The position numbers and the translations under genes are program-made. Positions 39,043 to 53,438 of a DNA stretch of 64,000 bases are shown here, piece by piece. The DNA is from Octopus vulgaris (taxonomy: Eukaryota): the NCBI GenBank assembly GCA_951406725.2, contig OX597830.1, positions 12,586,001 to 12,650,000 of the forward strand, written 5' to 3'. The first letter of the stretch is position 1; the number at the start of each line of letters is the position of its first letter. The notes under the pieces were generated by a model. That model worked only from the letters and a program-made list of their open reading frames with translations. It did no database searches and had not been told where the DNA came from.

Positions 39043-40362
39043 TCAGTATTCTGAATTTTAAAATTATCCAGTACCGTTTCGTTCGTATGACGAACTCCAT
39101 TTTATAAATTGGATCTTGTAGTGTAGAGAATTTTATATTTAGAATTCAAATAAATTAATGAAATTAGCTCTTATCAGTTCGAGACTAGTCCCTCCCTCAG
39201 ATTTTATTTCTGATTTGTTGTGCCTGACATCTGATTAGAAAAGAATAATTGTTGGGATATGCAATATGAAATCACAATATTTTAACTTGGTGTTATTATG
39301 GCATTGAATATGTACATAATTTAACATGAATTATCATTATACATAAATCCGCATTTGACATTTAATACATTCGTGGTGAATCTAGAATAGTCTTTAAATT
39401 TAAGTGGCAAAAATTGCTTTAACCATTTCAGTAATAATTTTATTTATTCAACATACAGCTAGATATTTGCGGTAAATGGTATTCAAATAAGGAACCAAAA
39501 AGTCATTTAAATCAGAATGAAAGTATACATGGGCATGTTCGTGTGTAAGTAGGCTACGTATATATATATTCACCATTTTAACATATTCTATACTATTCTC
39601 TCTGTCTATTTTCAATAAACGTAAAGGTAGTTTATCCTCTACCTACGGGATCGTTTAGTATATATTGTATAATATATTTTGCGTCTAAACCTGCTTAGAG
39701 GTGTTAAGAATAAAGATGCGAATATTCATTCCACTATACAGAAACCTAACAATTATATCTCGCTTCGTTACCAAAGGAGCTTAATTTCAAATATACACCT
39801 TGAAATAAATGTTAATTATATCTATTTTAGAATATGTGAATAACATTATTTTGTAATATGTTTCTATATTTTATATGCACTTAAAGACTTAGTTTTGTAA
39901 AAGATTTGTCTTTCCTTTCATTTACGAAAATTCCATATTACCTATTTAATTCCGTATGCTGGGTAACAAAATATGAAACCTATATTAGGGTAATATATTA
40001 TTAAACGTTTTTGATAATAGTAACTGAATAATGCACCTGATACTTTCTTCAAATTTATTAACATACGACTGACATATCTATCACCTTCTATGCTAAAATT
40101 GTACGTTCCCTCTGTAATCAAACGTCTTCTCAAAACTTCTGTGCAATAAATATTAATACGCAACATATATGTTACGTATTAATAAGTGATAATTCATGTG
40201 TTTGATATATGACTACTTTCTTACATTAGTTTCGATACAAAATTAACCGATAGCAAACTCTTTTTAGTAAAAGAGCGCTAACATGCTACAACCTTACTTC
40301 TGTGATCAACATATTGTCTGTAACCTGTTCAGTAAATAAATAATTATCTTGACTAAAATATA

Positions 40363-40575
40363 AGTGCAAGCATGGTTGCGTGGTTAGAAGCTTGCTTCCC
40401 AACCACATGGTTCTGGGTTCAGACCCACTGCGTAACTCCTTGGGAAAATATCTTCTACGATAGCCTCGGGCCGATCAAAGCCTTGTAACTTTGCGTCGTG
40501 TGTGTGTGTGTGTGTGTTTGTCCCCCACCACCTCTTCACATCTAAGCGGTGGTACAATCATTAGTTCGATATTAC
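40363..40575 (+). mobile_element. SINE family B, partial
   Basis: tggttgcgtggttagaagcttgcttcccaaccacatggttctgggttcag. Confidence 0.75.
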
Positions 40576-40619
40576 AAAGAAACTGACTTTACAGTTTTTA
40601 CAATATCCCTTTATAGATA

Positions 40620-41350
40620 TCCATCCAACCACCTTCTCCGTCGACTATTCTTGACAGGGGCCTCTGGTACTTCCTCAAGAGGGCTCAGTCGAATATTATC
40701 TAACCATCTCGCTTTTGATCTACCCTTCGGTCTCCTGCTTCTCGCCTCGGCTCCAAGATTTCATCTTCCGATTCTTTCGTGTGATATTGTGATTACATGT
40801 CCGTAGTATCAGAGTTGTGCCTCCCAACGCGGAGAAGTAGAGATGTAACTTGACCTATTGAGATTATTTTGTCTCCGAGCTACGCGCCCTAAGAAATAAC
40901 GTTACTTCAGAGACCCTTCGGAGCTGCTTGTATTTGCAATCATATGTCTTCGGCCATTACCCAACATCCCCGCCTTGCAACACCTCTGCCTTTCAACCCT
41001 CGGCAGCGAACCTATCCATTGCATGCTGGAGATCATCTTCTCATGAGTCAGGTAACATCATGTCGTCTGCAAATAAAAGCTGACCGATCATACACCCATT
41101 GATTGTGATACCACTTCCACTACGGCCGCGTATGTCAGGAGAGTTGGCCATATGTACCCCTACCGAAGTCCAACATTCACGGTGAAATGTTTCTCAACAG
41201 AGCATCCTTTATCCAAACACAAACAAGTAGATATTCGATTAGAAACTTCAAGGCAATCAAAAGTTGCCCATTAAACCCAAATTCCTGCAAAACCCTCCAG
41301 AACATTCCCAGCCGCACGTATTCTGATACCTTTTCCACGTCTATAAAGAC
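40620..41350 (-). mobile_element. Decayed RTE LINE RT and 3' fragment
   Basis: Reverse complement gives FIDVEK, LLFADD and RRPKGRSKARWLDNI. Confidence 0.7.
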
Positions 41351-42423
41351 ATTTTTGCTCTAAATAGATTAAAATTATTGCTTTTCTTTTCCTCTAACTA
41401 AATTTATATAGATTTGAGATAGATAAATTAGTCATCATGACGATCAAGTCTTTCTGAGAACGTGAGTTGTTCTGTCCCGCTGAGATCAAAACTCAACACT
41501 TATCTTGAATCGTCAGTAATTTGCCATTTCTTCAATGACGCCTATTACAAAATATACAATAATATATCACTGTTGCATATATAACTGCTATATAGATGCT
41601 ATAAATGTATTTTTACCGAAATATTAACTATTATAATTGTATTATCCAATAAGTTCATGCAAATTTTCACGTTGAATTTGTCTGGAAGTAATCTAGCGTT
41701 GGAATACAAATCCAACGTATTTATGAATGGTTGTATCGTAGCTTCCTTTTCAGAAAATCGATTAGAGAGGCTGGTCAGCGATCGAAGACAGCTATGCCGA
41801 TAGCTAACCCATGACTTATTTGCAAATACTGTCATTCCATATAACATTGCGAAATGAAAATATATCAATTCAAGACATTTCTACAATTCATGCATTGGAG
41901 CTTATAAGTCTATAAAAGAAATGGTATTAAATCATTTATCAGTTCAGAGCGAGTTCCTGATGAAGAGTCTTGGTTTTATGATTCTTATTTCTCACGTTTT
42001 AGTATTCAGAATTCAAATTTCCCATATTGTTATATATTCCTTCTTTTGTATGTGAGCATAATGCATGGCCGAGTGCTGAAGAGATTTGCTTTGTATTCAC
42101 GAAAGCCTGGGTTCTCTTCAACCGCGCTGAGTGTTGAGCAAGCGTCTTTGCCGCACCTTCGGATCGACCCAAGTTTTATGAGTAAGTCTGGGCACACAGA
42201 AACTGGGAGGAAGCTCATCAGATTAACTGGGCCTATAAATCCAATGCGCCAGTCTTGCCATACTATCACATACATCAAGGACAGTTTGTTTGTGGAATAC
42301 TCAGCAACTAACATTATAATTCCATGAGAAGTTAGTTGATTTGGTCGAATTGTAACACTCGTCAAAACCGACAGAGGATCCATTTAATGCGTATTTATTG
42401 GTGTGCATATGAGTGTGCTATAC

Positions 42424-42441
42424 ATAGATAGATAGATAGAT

Positions 42442-42504
<63 letters not shown>

Positions 42505-42530
42505 CATACATACATACATACATACATAGG
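42424..42530. repeat. (GATA)n/(CATA)n microsatellite
   Basis: Direct inspection. Confidence 0.95.
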
Positions 42531-43229
42531 TAAATAGATACAAGCGCACACATACATATATATATATGTGTATGAGTGTGTGCGTGCTTGTGTATGTGTG
42601 TGCACGTACGTGTATATACGCATGCGTTTATGTCTGTGTGGCCTTTTCTTTGATCAAGCAAATGAAACGTATACTAAGTGCATATAGTGGAGTCTGTTGA
42701 TTTTATTTTCAGAACTAACACTTCACTTCTTTCCTCTTGGCTGATACGACGTTTGAGTTGTACAGATGTAAAAGCGATGCACCTCAGCCTCGACAACGTT
42801 GCTCGGTTGGTGATGAGTGTTGCAGTTTGACAACAATTACTGAATATTTAGGCGTTAGTCCGTAAAATAGCGCTCTTAACTGTCATCCAGAATATGCTTT
42901 TTAAACATAAAATATCGTGAAATAAAATTCACGAAAAATTATTTTTAAAAATTCTTTAAAGAATATTTTAAAATTATGGATACAATTTCTTTAAAAGAAA
43001 ACCTAAATAAAAATTCGAGAAATACTATGAGAGAAAAAGTACTTGAAGAAAAAAAATATCGTTTGTTTGTGCTGGTTAAACAATCAATCAGTTGTTTGTT
43101 AGTCAAAGTTCCTTCGCCGGAACCTTTTCAGTGACTTAGTGATATTTAACTATGTATGTATGTATGTATGTATGTATGTATGTATCTATCTATCTATCTA
43201 TCTATCTAAACTGTTTCCACATGCTTTCC

Positions 43230-45230
43230 TCATTCATCCCGATCTTCCGTAATGGCCCTCAGCTCCTGTACCCCTTCCATACCAGTATCCTCCAGCAAGT
43301 TGTTGATATAGGTCGTCTTCCTTCTCCCTCTCCTTCCGTTTGTTGCCAGAGCAGACTCAAAGAATAAACATGGTGAAAGCCGGAGGCTGATTAACTGCAT
43401 CACTGGTCGCAAAGCTGCAAAGCAGCCAATAATCGAAGGGAAATAAAAAAAATGCTACGATTAGTCGACATTGCGTAATACAGAACTTCAACGGCTTTAT
43501 ACGGTAACATATTTGCTGAATTATTCAACAACATGGATACTGTTATAAAAGCAATATGGCAAGGATGTGCAATGAAATGAAGAAGCAGCAGCAAAACTGA
43601 TCCCGATAAAGAAGAGGATAAAACGGAGAAAGTTAGCTGATGATCCTAGGATAGAAAAAGCACGTAGTGAAATGCAAGAGGCATTCAGCAACTATCAAAA
43701 AGCTGCCAACGACAATACTAAACAAACTTTACAAAGAAAAGCAGAGGGTCTAAAACAGGTGTACCAAGAGATTCAAGAAGAGGAACTGGAGGAAATCTCT
43801 CAGCTCGAAAATGCAGACGCAAAGGGTAAACATGGAGAAGGCGAGAGGCTGACTAACTCCATGACTGGTCGCAAAGCTGCAAAGTAGAGAATCAAAGGGA
43901 AATCAAAGGACGAGAGGATCGAGAAGTGGTACACTCATTTCTACAACTTACTTAGGAAGGATCCGGAAGTTGACAGTGAAACAGAAAATGAAGAATTAGC
44001 AAAGATACTTGGAGATTTGCCAATCGAGGATTGAGACTTCACAAAACAAGAAACAGAAAGAGCTACAAGTAACCTGAAAGAAGGAAAATAAACTGGTCCT
44101 AACAAAATCTCACCAGAAGTACTAAAAAGGTGTGATTTAGACGCCATCATCCTTGAATTTGCAAACAAACAAACTGTGATAGACTTGCTGCCGCTGCCCA
44201 AAACTGGAGACCTAAATAATATTCGGTATTACAGAGGGATCAGTCTGTCACCCATTGTTGCAAAAATGGTCAACAAGATGATACTTAACCGAATACAACC
44301 TAAGATAGACAAACAATCTATGACCAAATCAAAATGGATTCAGATCAGGATGGTCAACAACATCTCACATTGTCGCACTTCGAAGACTGACAGAGGGAGT
44401 TAAGAGCCATACCAGGAAGGCTATCATTATCTATGTAGACTTTAAAAGGGCTTTTGATTCAGTACATAGAGGAATGATAGTGAAGATATTTAAAGCATAT
44501 GATATTCCACTAAGAATTCTGAGATCAATAAGTAAGCTGTATGAGAACACAAGAGCGAAAGTGATCAGTCCTGATGGAGAGACGGAATACTTTGAAGCCA
44601 AAGCCGGAGTATTACAAGGCGACACGCTAGCACCTTATCTCTTCGACATCGTTCTGGACTATGTAATGCGTAGAATGTATGAGGGCAAAGAAGAACTGCA
44701 TAGGCAAAGAAGTAGACAGCATCAAGCAGTAACAGTAACTATGCTGATAACCTGGAATTACTAACAGAGAGGACAGATCAGGCACGGGAGGTGCTGAGCA
44801 GAATAGAGCAGGAATCGGGGAAGGTAGGATTGTACTGTAACGCAAAGAAAAGAGAGCTGCAAGTATTCAACCACAAAATACTCGTGTCAGTGAAAGTGGG
44901 AGGCGGTAAGTCATTGAAGGTAGTTGAAAATTTCAAATACCTTGGACAGAAAGTACTGAAAAAGACATCGTAGCAAGGAAAGCTCTTGCTTGGAGCGCAT
45001 GCCATATATTGAGAAAGGTATGGAGTTCAAATTGAAAGGAAATTGAAAGTGAGGTAGTTTCTGGCAACAGTGGAATCTGTTCTTCTATACGGGGTTGAAA
45101 CATGGACGCTCACTAAAGCACTGAAGAAGTAGCTGGACGGTTGTTATACGAGGATGCTTAGAATGGCACTCAATATGTTCTGGAAGAGTCATCAACAAAT
45201 GCCGACTTATAACAGGGACTACCACAAGTA
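43230..45230. mobile_element. RTE/RTEX LINE with inverted structure: 3' end on minus (43230-43365), RT on plus (43590-45230)
   Basis: Plus: YRGISLSPIVAK, YVDFKRAFDSVHR, GVLQGDTLAPYLF, LLYGVETWTLT. Minus: GRRGRRKTTYINNLLEDTG. Confidence 0.85.
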
Positions 45231-45511
45231 ACATATTTAAATAATTGACTAATAATAAATGAAAATAAAAATAATAAATTCCTAGCACCCATGAATTGGA
45301 TACTCCTATCTCGCATTTCATGTTAAATTATAGGATATCTAGTGCAAGTATCGTTTATATCTTCCAGGAGATCATTGTTGGTTTCCGGCTGTTACAGTAG
45401 ACGATAGATAAAATCGTTTTCTAAGCAATCACAAAATTTCTGATCAAGTTTCAGAGAAAGACCACTATATACTGCTGATATAAATAAAGCTATAATTTTT
45501 TGTATACGTAT

Positions 45512-45911
45512 ATTCTTTCCTGCTCTAGGCACATAACCCAAAATTTTTGAGGAGGGCGGCTGTCGATTAGATCGATCCCAGTACGCAACTGGTACTTAAT
45601 TTATCGACTGCGAAAGGATAAAAGGCAAAGTCGATCTCGGTGGAATTTGAACTCAGAACGTAAAGCCAGACGAAATACCTATTTCTTTACAACACACAAG
45701 GGGCTAAACACAGAGAGGACAAACAAGGACAGACAGACGGATTAAGTCGGTTATATGGACTCCAGTGCGTAACTGGTACTTTATTTAATCGACCCCGAAA
45801 GGATGAAAGGCAAAGTTGACCTCGGCGGAATTTGAACTCATAACGTAACGGCAGACGAAATACCGCTAAGCATTTCGCCTGACGTACTAATATTTCTTTC
45901 AGCTCGCCGCC
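45512..45911 (-). mobile_element. Two head-to-tail SINE family A copies (45512-45679 and 45680-45911) with different tails
   Basis: Both contain the reverse complement of the family A core. Confidence 0.85.
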
Positions 45912-46559
45912 TTCTAATATGATAATATTAATTTACTAAATTGGTAGCTTCAGAAAAATTTCAACACTCCGGTCTTATTTTTCTGTCGTTTCTTCCAGCT
46001 TGTTTCTTTTAAAAAATCAAAGGCCAACTGCATCTTGATAAAGTGGATTTCTAATTATTATTACATCGAACATTTCAGCTTGCCTAGCTTTCGCTATTCA
46101 AAGTTAACTCATTCTTAATTGCTACGTAGTCATGATGCTCGGAAATTAGTAATGAATACATAAGTGAAATACGCTTGAGATATGATGAATCGTCATAAAA
46201 GAAAAGAAACATAAAATCTAACCATTATTCACTCCATCATTTAGCAAATATTTCCACGTTTAACATAATTTTGTCCCTTGTATATACACAATGCAATTTA
46301 CTTTATAAAATCTACATTTTCTGCATTATTAAGCAGAATAGTATGGAACTTCTTAACACGTAACCTTTAGTGTAAATAGTATATGCGAGAATATAATTTC
46401 TGTTGCTCCGTCAATAATATCTATCAAGGCATGATAGGACTTCATTATTCTCGATCAGTTCAGCACTGCCGTAAACACTACATTTGTACAATGCGGAAGC
46501 AATTCTATCAGCACCGTTCAAACAATGTTGGCACTGATTTCTCTTATATTTCTATTGCT

Positions 46560-46985
46560 TCTCATTCCTTCATATTCATTGGACTACAACGAATCATTTC
46601 GGTTGTCGTGAGATTTACAAGAAGCGGATTCATAAAATGATTCCATCGTTTGCTTGTAGAGTTACAGCATGTTCTTTCCAGATTCCGAAATTTCACGACA
46701 TTTTGTGCATTTTTAACGCAGATTCCTTCCACTGGCCAAACTTACATGCCAAAAATGGTAGCTATATATTTAAGCATTCCATGCATTTGGATATCAGATT
46801 CAGTTTCATTCAGTTTGTTTTCAAAGAAATAAGCAAGTTTTTTTACATAATTTCTGTTTGCATTGTAAACATATTGTTTCATTCGTTCGTTATGGCTGTA
46901 TATAAACTTTAATTTTAAACTTTGACCTTTCGCGGTCATACACTTACGGTCACACACTTTTGCGGTCATATACTCACAACACGTT
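46560..46985 (-). mobile_element. Possible decayed DNA transposon (MULE-like) with short subterminal repeats
   Basis: Three copies of cggtcayayact at 46932-46975; weak transposase-like remnants (AYFF..., PNAWNA, VEG). Confidence 0.3.
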
Positions 46986-47136
46986 TCGTGTCAATCTTCG
47001 TTGGTTGCAAATCTACACACAGACTGCTTTGTTAAAAACTGATGGAGAAACTGATGACAATCCCCTTTGTTTGTGTGACGTACAGACTTTAACAAGTCAT
47101 TTCCATCACGTCATATGGATCGTTCTATTTATCTAT

Positions 47137-47385
47137 CTATCCGCTCAGTCGAAGTCGACTCTCGGTTACTCGATGGATCAGTGTCCTCCAGCCAGTTCTA
47201 TCCTGGGGCGCTTCTTTCAGACTGGCTATGTCCATTCCGGTATCACTCTTGATGGTGTCAAGCCAGTGGGTTCTTGGTCGGCCTCTTCCTCTCTTGCCAC
47301 TGACCATTCCAAGCATGATGTCCTTATCCAGGGATTTTCTCCTCATAATATGACCAAAATATGCCAATCTATGCTTGGCATATTT
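47137..47385 (-). mobile_element. RTE (BovB-like) LINE 3' end
   Basis: RLAYFGHIMRRKSLDKDIMLGMVSGKRGRGRPRTHWLDTIK...SRLRLSG. Confidence 0.9.
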
Positions 47386-47407
47386 ATGTAGCAATATTTC
47401 TTATTGC

Positions 47408-47623
47408 ATAGGGCGGCGAGCTGGCAGAAATGATAGCACACCAGGCGAAATGCTTAACAGTATTTCGTCTGTCTTTACATCCTGAGTTCAAATTCCACCG
47501 AAGTCGACTTTGCCTTTTCTCCTTTAAGGGTCGATAAATTAAGTACCAGTTACGTACTGGGGTCGATCTAATCGATTGACCCCCTCCACCAAACTTTCGT
47601 GCCTTGTGCCTAGAGTAGAAAAG
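47408..47623 (+). mobile_element. SINE family A with 15-bp TSD
   Basis: AATATTTCTTATTGC at 47393-47407 and 47624-47638. Confidence 0.9.
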
Positions 47624-48083
47624 AATATTTCTTATTGCTTCACCTCAAACTGAAAACTTAATACTTTCCACGAAATAAGAGAAAATAAGAGAAAATCCCC
47701 GTTTATACTCTTTATTCTGTTGGGTTAGCTTTTGCAACCTGATAATAAAATATTCATTTCTTCTACATTTACATTTAACAATTGCTTATAATTCCTTCCA
47801 CTGCTTTGGCGACACAGCGACAACCATTAAGACTTTACCTATATAGGCATACCTCGATGTACATGGGACAACACATACATCCACACCTATAGACAAATAT
47901 TGAAGAGCCTCTTTTGAATATATAGAACATGCAGTATCACATATGAGTTCGATCTAAACTAATAAAATCAATACGAATTTAACCCCTATGGTATAAAGTA
48001 AACTACAAAGAACAAAATACAATATTAGAATGTAAAAATTAATGCATATTTTAACATAAGTATTTCAAAAGTAGCACCTAAGT

Positions 48084-48327
48084 CAGAGATTCTCAACCAA
48101 CGTCCATATTGCCCTTGAGGGCCATGTAAGATTTCATTGTTAAAACTCAATTGCAAATAATTGGTTATTCTTCTACAATACACAAAATATTTGAACAATT
48201 TTTAATGCATCTTCAAATAACATTTAATTCTTAAAATATAATCAGATCTTTTAAACATGTGGATCCATCCTAGTAACATAGGACTCAAAGGGATCCACAG
48301 ATAAAAAAAAACTGTTGAGAAACACTG
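48084..48327 (+). mobile_element. hAT-like MITE
   Basis: cagagattctcaac...gttgagaaacactg; homologous to 34836-35040. Confidence 0.75.
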
Positions 48328-48907
48328 CTCTAAGCGATTATGTCCAAAATGCAGAAGGACTTTGTTTCCAACCTAATACATAACGTAACATTGGTAACAA
48401 GTGATCTTTGACAAATGCTAAGAGGTAACTATTTATTAGTGACATATCATGGCTAACAGGAAACCACTGATCGGTAGCCATGCGAAAAATACAGTCAATA
48501 GACAGCCTGTACATATTATACAGGTATGAAATATTCTTTGGTTATCAAGTAGAATTTTAAATGCCTACGTCCTCAAATAACATTCAAATGTTCAATTTAC
48601 TGTGAATAATGTCATTTGTCCGTAAAATATCAAACAGCGCATTCCACTTCATCTCGCTGGTTGTCGTGTGATGTTGGAGAAATTAATTCGTGAGGAGTCA
48701 ACCAATTCAATGAAAACTACTAATGCATTTTAGTTCTATCAATCAACCGCATAATTAAATTAATCGCAATTTAGGTGATATTGTCGGCTCTATTCACGAG
48801 GATTTCAAATTAGATGAATAACTTGTGATGTCATATTTGACATGAAGAGAAAACGTTGATTTTGCTAAACATTAGATTCTAGAGTTTGCCTTTTTGCTTA
48901 AACATTA

Positions 48908-49090
48908 GACTGCGGCCATACTGGGGTACCACCTGAAACAATTATTACTCAAATGAATCAAGTCCATTTCTTTATTTGAGGCCGATTTCTGTTGCCGAAC
49001 CGCTAAGTTATGGTGACGTAAACAAACCAACACCGGTTGTCAAGAGGTGGCGGGGACAAAGAGACACGAGCACACACATACACACACACA
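48908..49090 (-). mobile_element. SINE family B 3' half
   Basis: Reverse complement of the ccccgtcacttagcggttcggc...ccagcatggccgcagtc region. Confidence 0.7.
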
Positions 49091-49361
49091 CACACACATA
49101 TATCGTTGCTATTATGTTAAACTGTCGTATATCCAAATTTGGCCAAATGGGTCTTTTTCAATATTTGCTTTTGCTTGCAATAACCAGTTTTTGGGTCAAA
49201 CTATCGTATTTCCAACTACTTCAGACGCCAAGATGTCAAAAATTGTCAAAGTGTAGTACAACGGTTTTGCTATGGAATGGTGAAATTATTTTTTCGTTTT
49301 GGACTTAGGACACTTTTCCAGAATAGAAACGATCTGTGTATATGTGCATGTATATATATAT

Positions 49362-49547
49362 AAAGGGAAAGTTTACGAAAATAAATAAAAGACGAAGGCA
49401 GGTGGAGTACAAACAAACAAATGTATTAGTATAGCGCTCAGGAAAAGAAAAAGTCTTTTACGTTTCGAGCCTACGCTCTTCTACAGAAAGGGACACAGAA
49501 AAAACAAGGAGAGAAAAAAATGCGTGTAGTGGCTAACGATCTATCAT

Positions 49548-49550
<3 letters not shown>
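49362..49550 (-). repeat. Short repeat with a hammerhead-like motif at 49455-49490 (A6U core)
   Basis: Motif identical to 34492-34527; (TA)n on both sides. Confidence 0.7.
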
Positions 49551-49802
<252 letters not shown>

Positions 49803-50384
49803 GCACAATGGGCTTCTTTCTGTTTCCGTCTACACTCGCAAGACTTTGATCTGCCCGAGGCAACGTATTATGCTATTCGAAAAGAGACTGATACACATCC
49901 TAAATATCGGAACATAATGCGTTTCCATTCTGGGTTACTAGTCACGAGATTCCTTAAAATCGTAATGAATAAAACTAATTACTTTAAATATCTATTTGCA
50001 CATCATATTCATTTCTTTATTAGAAAAAATTACATTGATTCCCTACAGTTCTGAAACGGTGGGATGTCTTTAATTCGGTCTAAAACGAATATTACAAAGA
50101 ACTTCATTCGTCTTTCTCATCGGTTTGTACATGGTCACCAATTTACATTGACGAAAACTATAAATTTACATGCATGTCTACGCATACACATCTTTATGAA
50201 ATACCTGTCACTAGACAATTACGATTTATCTACTATTTTATATTTAGCTCTCAAGGGTTACATATAAATCATTTATTTTATATCTCATCTACGTCAGTGA
50301 GATATATAAAATCAACAAGTAGAACAATCAATAAAATTTTACAGAAAAGATAAATTAAACTTCGAAACCCAATAAAAACCCAGA

Positions 50385-50755
50385 CATAAATCTCCTTCAT
50401 GACGCCAATGCACTCTGTCACCGAGCTATCTTCACTCGTGAGTTTCTCGCCAAAGACAACTTGATATCGCTTCCGCACCCGTCTTATTGCGGATTTCCGT
50501 CTCTTCCTCTACATGAAAATGCAGCTTAAAGGTCACCATTTTAACACTGTTGTCAAGATCCAGATTGAATTGCAGGTCTTCGACTCTCTTACGGAAGACG
50601 ACTTCCAGCCTGGATTCCAAAAGTGACAGGAACGCTGGGACCGGTGTGTTTCTGCGTAAGGTAACTATTTCGAAGAAAATGATGTTAAAACTTAGGTAAA
50701 TAAGTTATTTTAAATTAAACATAACTTGTTCAGGAGCCTTTCGATACCACCTCGT
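50385..50755 (+). mobile_element. Mariner 3' fragment with right TIR
   Basis: LLHDANALCHR...LPHPSY, LKGHHF, ERWDRCVSA*GNYFE; ends cctttcgataccacctcg|ta. Confidence 0.8.
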
Positions 50756-51246
50756 ATATGCATTGATATATAGATGACATATACACTAAGAATATTCAGT
50801 TTTTTCATCAACTGTATTTATTTTGTTCCTGAATTAACTTGAGAGTAGCTGAGCATTCTATAGGCATTTGTACTTTAACTGAATCTTCAAACGGAATCAG
50901 CGTGACAGGGTGTGTAACATTGTACCGGTTGAGTTACAGGTACAATAAATCCGACGGGCTTCTTACGGAAGATACGACTTCCAGCCTGGATTCCAAAAGT
51001 GGCAGGAACGCCGGGACCGGTTTGTTTCTGCGTAAGGTAACTATTTCGAAGAAAATGATGCTAAGAGATTAGGTAAATAAGTTATTTTTAATTAAACATA
51101 ACTTGTCCAGGAGCCTTTCGATACCACCTCGTATATGCATTGATATATAGATGACATATACACTAAGAATATTCAGTTTTTTCATCAACTGTATTTATTT
51201 TGTTCCTGAATTAACTTGAGAGTAGCTGAGCATTCTATAGGCATTT
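50587..51246 (+). repeat. Direct ~285-bp duplication (50587-50869 and 50961-51246)
   Basis: Near-identical copies of the mariner end plus ~110 bp of flank. Confidence 0.9.
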
Positions 51247-51363
51247 TTTCTCTTGTTTCTCTCCGTGTTTCTTTTTATGATAGGCGTGGGAAACGTAAAG
51301 ACTTGTTTTATTTACATTCTGCCATACACGATGTTTGGTTTGTTTATTAAAACTGTCCAGTGC

Positions 51364-51478
51364 TATATATATATATATAAAAGCTATAAATATATAGGCA
51401 TATTATATATATATATATTATATTATATTATATTATATTATATTATATTATTTATTATGTATATTATATATATTATAT

Positions 51479-51512
<34 letters not shown>

Positions 51513-51828
51513 TATATATATTATATTATATATATATATTATATATATATATTATATTATATATATTATATATTATATTATTTTATATATATATATATAT
51601 TATATATATATATATTATATATATATTATATTATATTATATTATATATATATTATATATATTATATTATATATATATTATATATATATATATATTATATA
51701 TATATTATATATATATATATTATATTATATATATATTATATTATATATATATATATATATTATATTATATTATATATATATTATATTATATTATATTATA
51801 TTATATTATATTATATTATATATTATAT

Positions 51829-51900
<72 letters not shown>
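51364..51900. repeat. AT-only low-complexity / (TA)n tract
   Basis: Direct inspection. Confidence 0.95.
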
Positions 51901-51903
<3 letters not shown>

Positions 51904-51929
51904 TATGTGTACACATATGTATATATTCA

Positions 51930-52088
51930 TATAACACAGACTGCTTTTTCACAAAATCTTATGAACGTCCGCGTGAAACTCTGAGTAACAGTTGGTGAAG
52001 ATTTTTCCGTCTTTAATAAAATAATGTTTTTCTCTACCTTTGGTATTCGGTCACTGATTTCCACCTTCTTTTGCACCTATGTTCCTAA

Positions 52089-52090
<2 letters not shown>
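51930..52090 (+). repeat. Short repeat with a degenerate hammerhead motif at ~51945-52000
   Basis: CTTATGA-acg(tccg)cgt-GAAA-ctctgag-TA-acag; same family as 183-330; lies between (TA)n and (GT)n. Confidence 0.6.
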
Positions 52091-52148
<58 letters not shown>

Positions 52149-52456
52149 AGAGAGATAATAAGCACAGGTGGCGTGTAAAACGTACGAGACCCGTTTCGGT
52201 CGAATTTTATTTGATGTAGTTAATAAAGATTGCATCATAATTCATAAACCTCTATCATCAGGTCCAATTTTAAACAGGTAACACTATAAGCAGCGACCCG
52301 GACATAACCAGCATTAACGGGAAGAATGACGTCTTTAAATTTTACATTACGAGATATATTCTAAGTTAAAGGAGACATGTACGTACATATATGCGCACGC
52401 ACATACATACATACATACATACATACATACATACATACACACATACACACATACAT

Positions 52457-52872
52457 ATGGTGGCTGCCCCCTCGTTATCGAGTATGGCCATTGCACGAAG
52501 CTTAATCAAAGTTGTTATCGTGCAATGCCTGTGCAAGAAGATTTTTTTTAAAGTGAGGAGAGGCTGTGCACTGAGTCAATCCCACTCACTAAGCAACGGC
52601 AGCCATAATCCGAAAAGAAGAACAAGTCAACATCATCGGTAACCACTGAGCCGCAGGTTTTATGTCGGAGTTATCCCAGTTACCTGAGTTACCTTCTCCT
52701 AGAAGGATGCCCTAACAAAGGCTAGGAGTCCTTCACTCCCAATGGTTTAACCGCGCGATCGGGTATTCAGTTCGATTATTTCTATGTCCCCGCGCATGAT
52801 ACACCCGTAAGACATTTATTGGATGGCCGTTGACTCTCAAGAGTTCCTCCGCCCTTTGACGGGTTTTGTTTT
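52457..52872 (-). mobile_element. Short non-autonomous retroelement with an RTE-like 5' UTR module
   Basis: Shares its 3' part with 11345-11600; 52820-52865 matches 59270-59320; (ATGT)n tail. Confidence 0.7.
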
Positions 52873-53438
52873 TCATACATACATACATACATACATATAA
52901 TCATTATCAGTCAATTTTCCTTTAAATCACACATCACTCTCCCAAAAATGAAACATATCTCTAAGGTGAACTGGGTACAGTTATAATGTTCTTGATAATA
53001 AGTTTAATCAGCGACTCAGTCAAGCAAAGAAGGGATAAAACTGAGACGGTCGGATAATGTCCATAGTCTCAGTTGGTTACGCTTGCAAATCCAAACGGAA
53101 AGTCTAATGACAGTTGCTTTTGAAAGGACTGTGTGGGGAAGGTAGTTGAGCACTCTAACCTCACGACCCTCCCAGGAACAATGGGCTGAAATAATGGATG
53201 GATGGATGAATGGATGAATGGATGGATGGATAAATAGATGGATGGTATTTCCATCAGGCAACACTAATTTTTCTAAAAAAATATATCTAAAAGCACAATA
53301 ACGCTCAAAATTTGAGTAAATACTGAAAGTTCCGTGTTTGCTTTTTAAATTTTGTTTATGACCGACTTTACTTGATGCATTTCTTTGAAAGAAGAGTGTG
53401 AATAAAGGGAAATAATTCAACATAACCCATAGTAATCT

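Noticed and set aside
41955-41990. CTGATGAAGAG hammerhead-like start; similar CTGATGAAG at 59746
   Set aside because: No downstream GAAA-stem III-UH in the correct order
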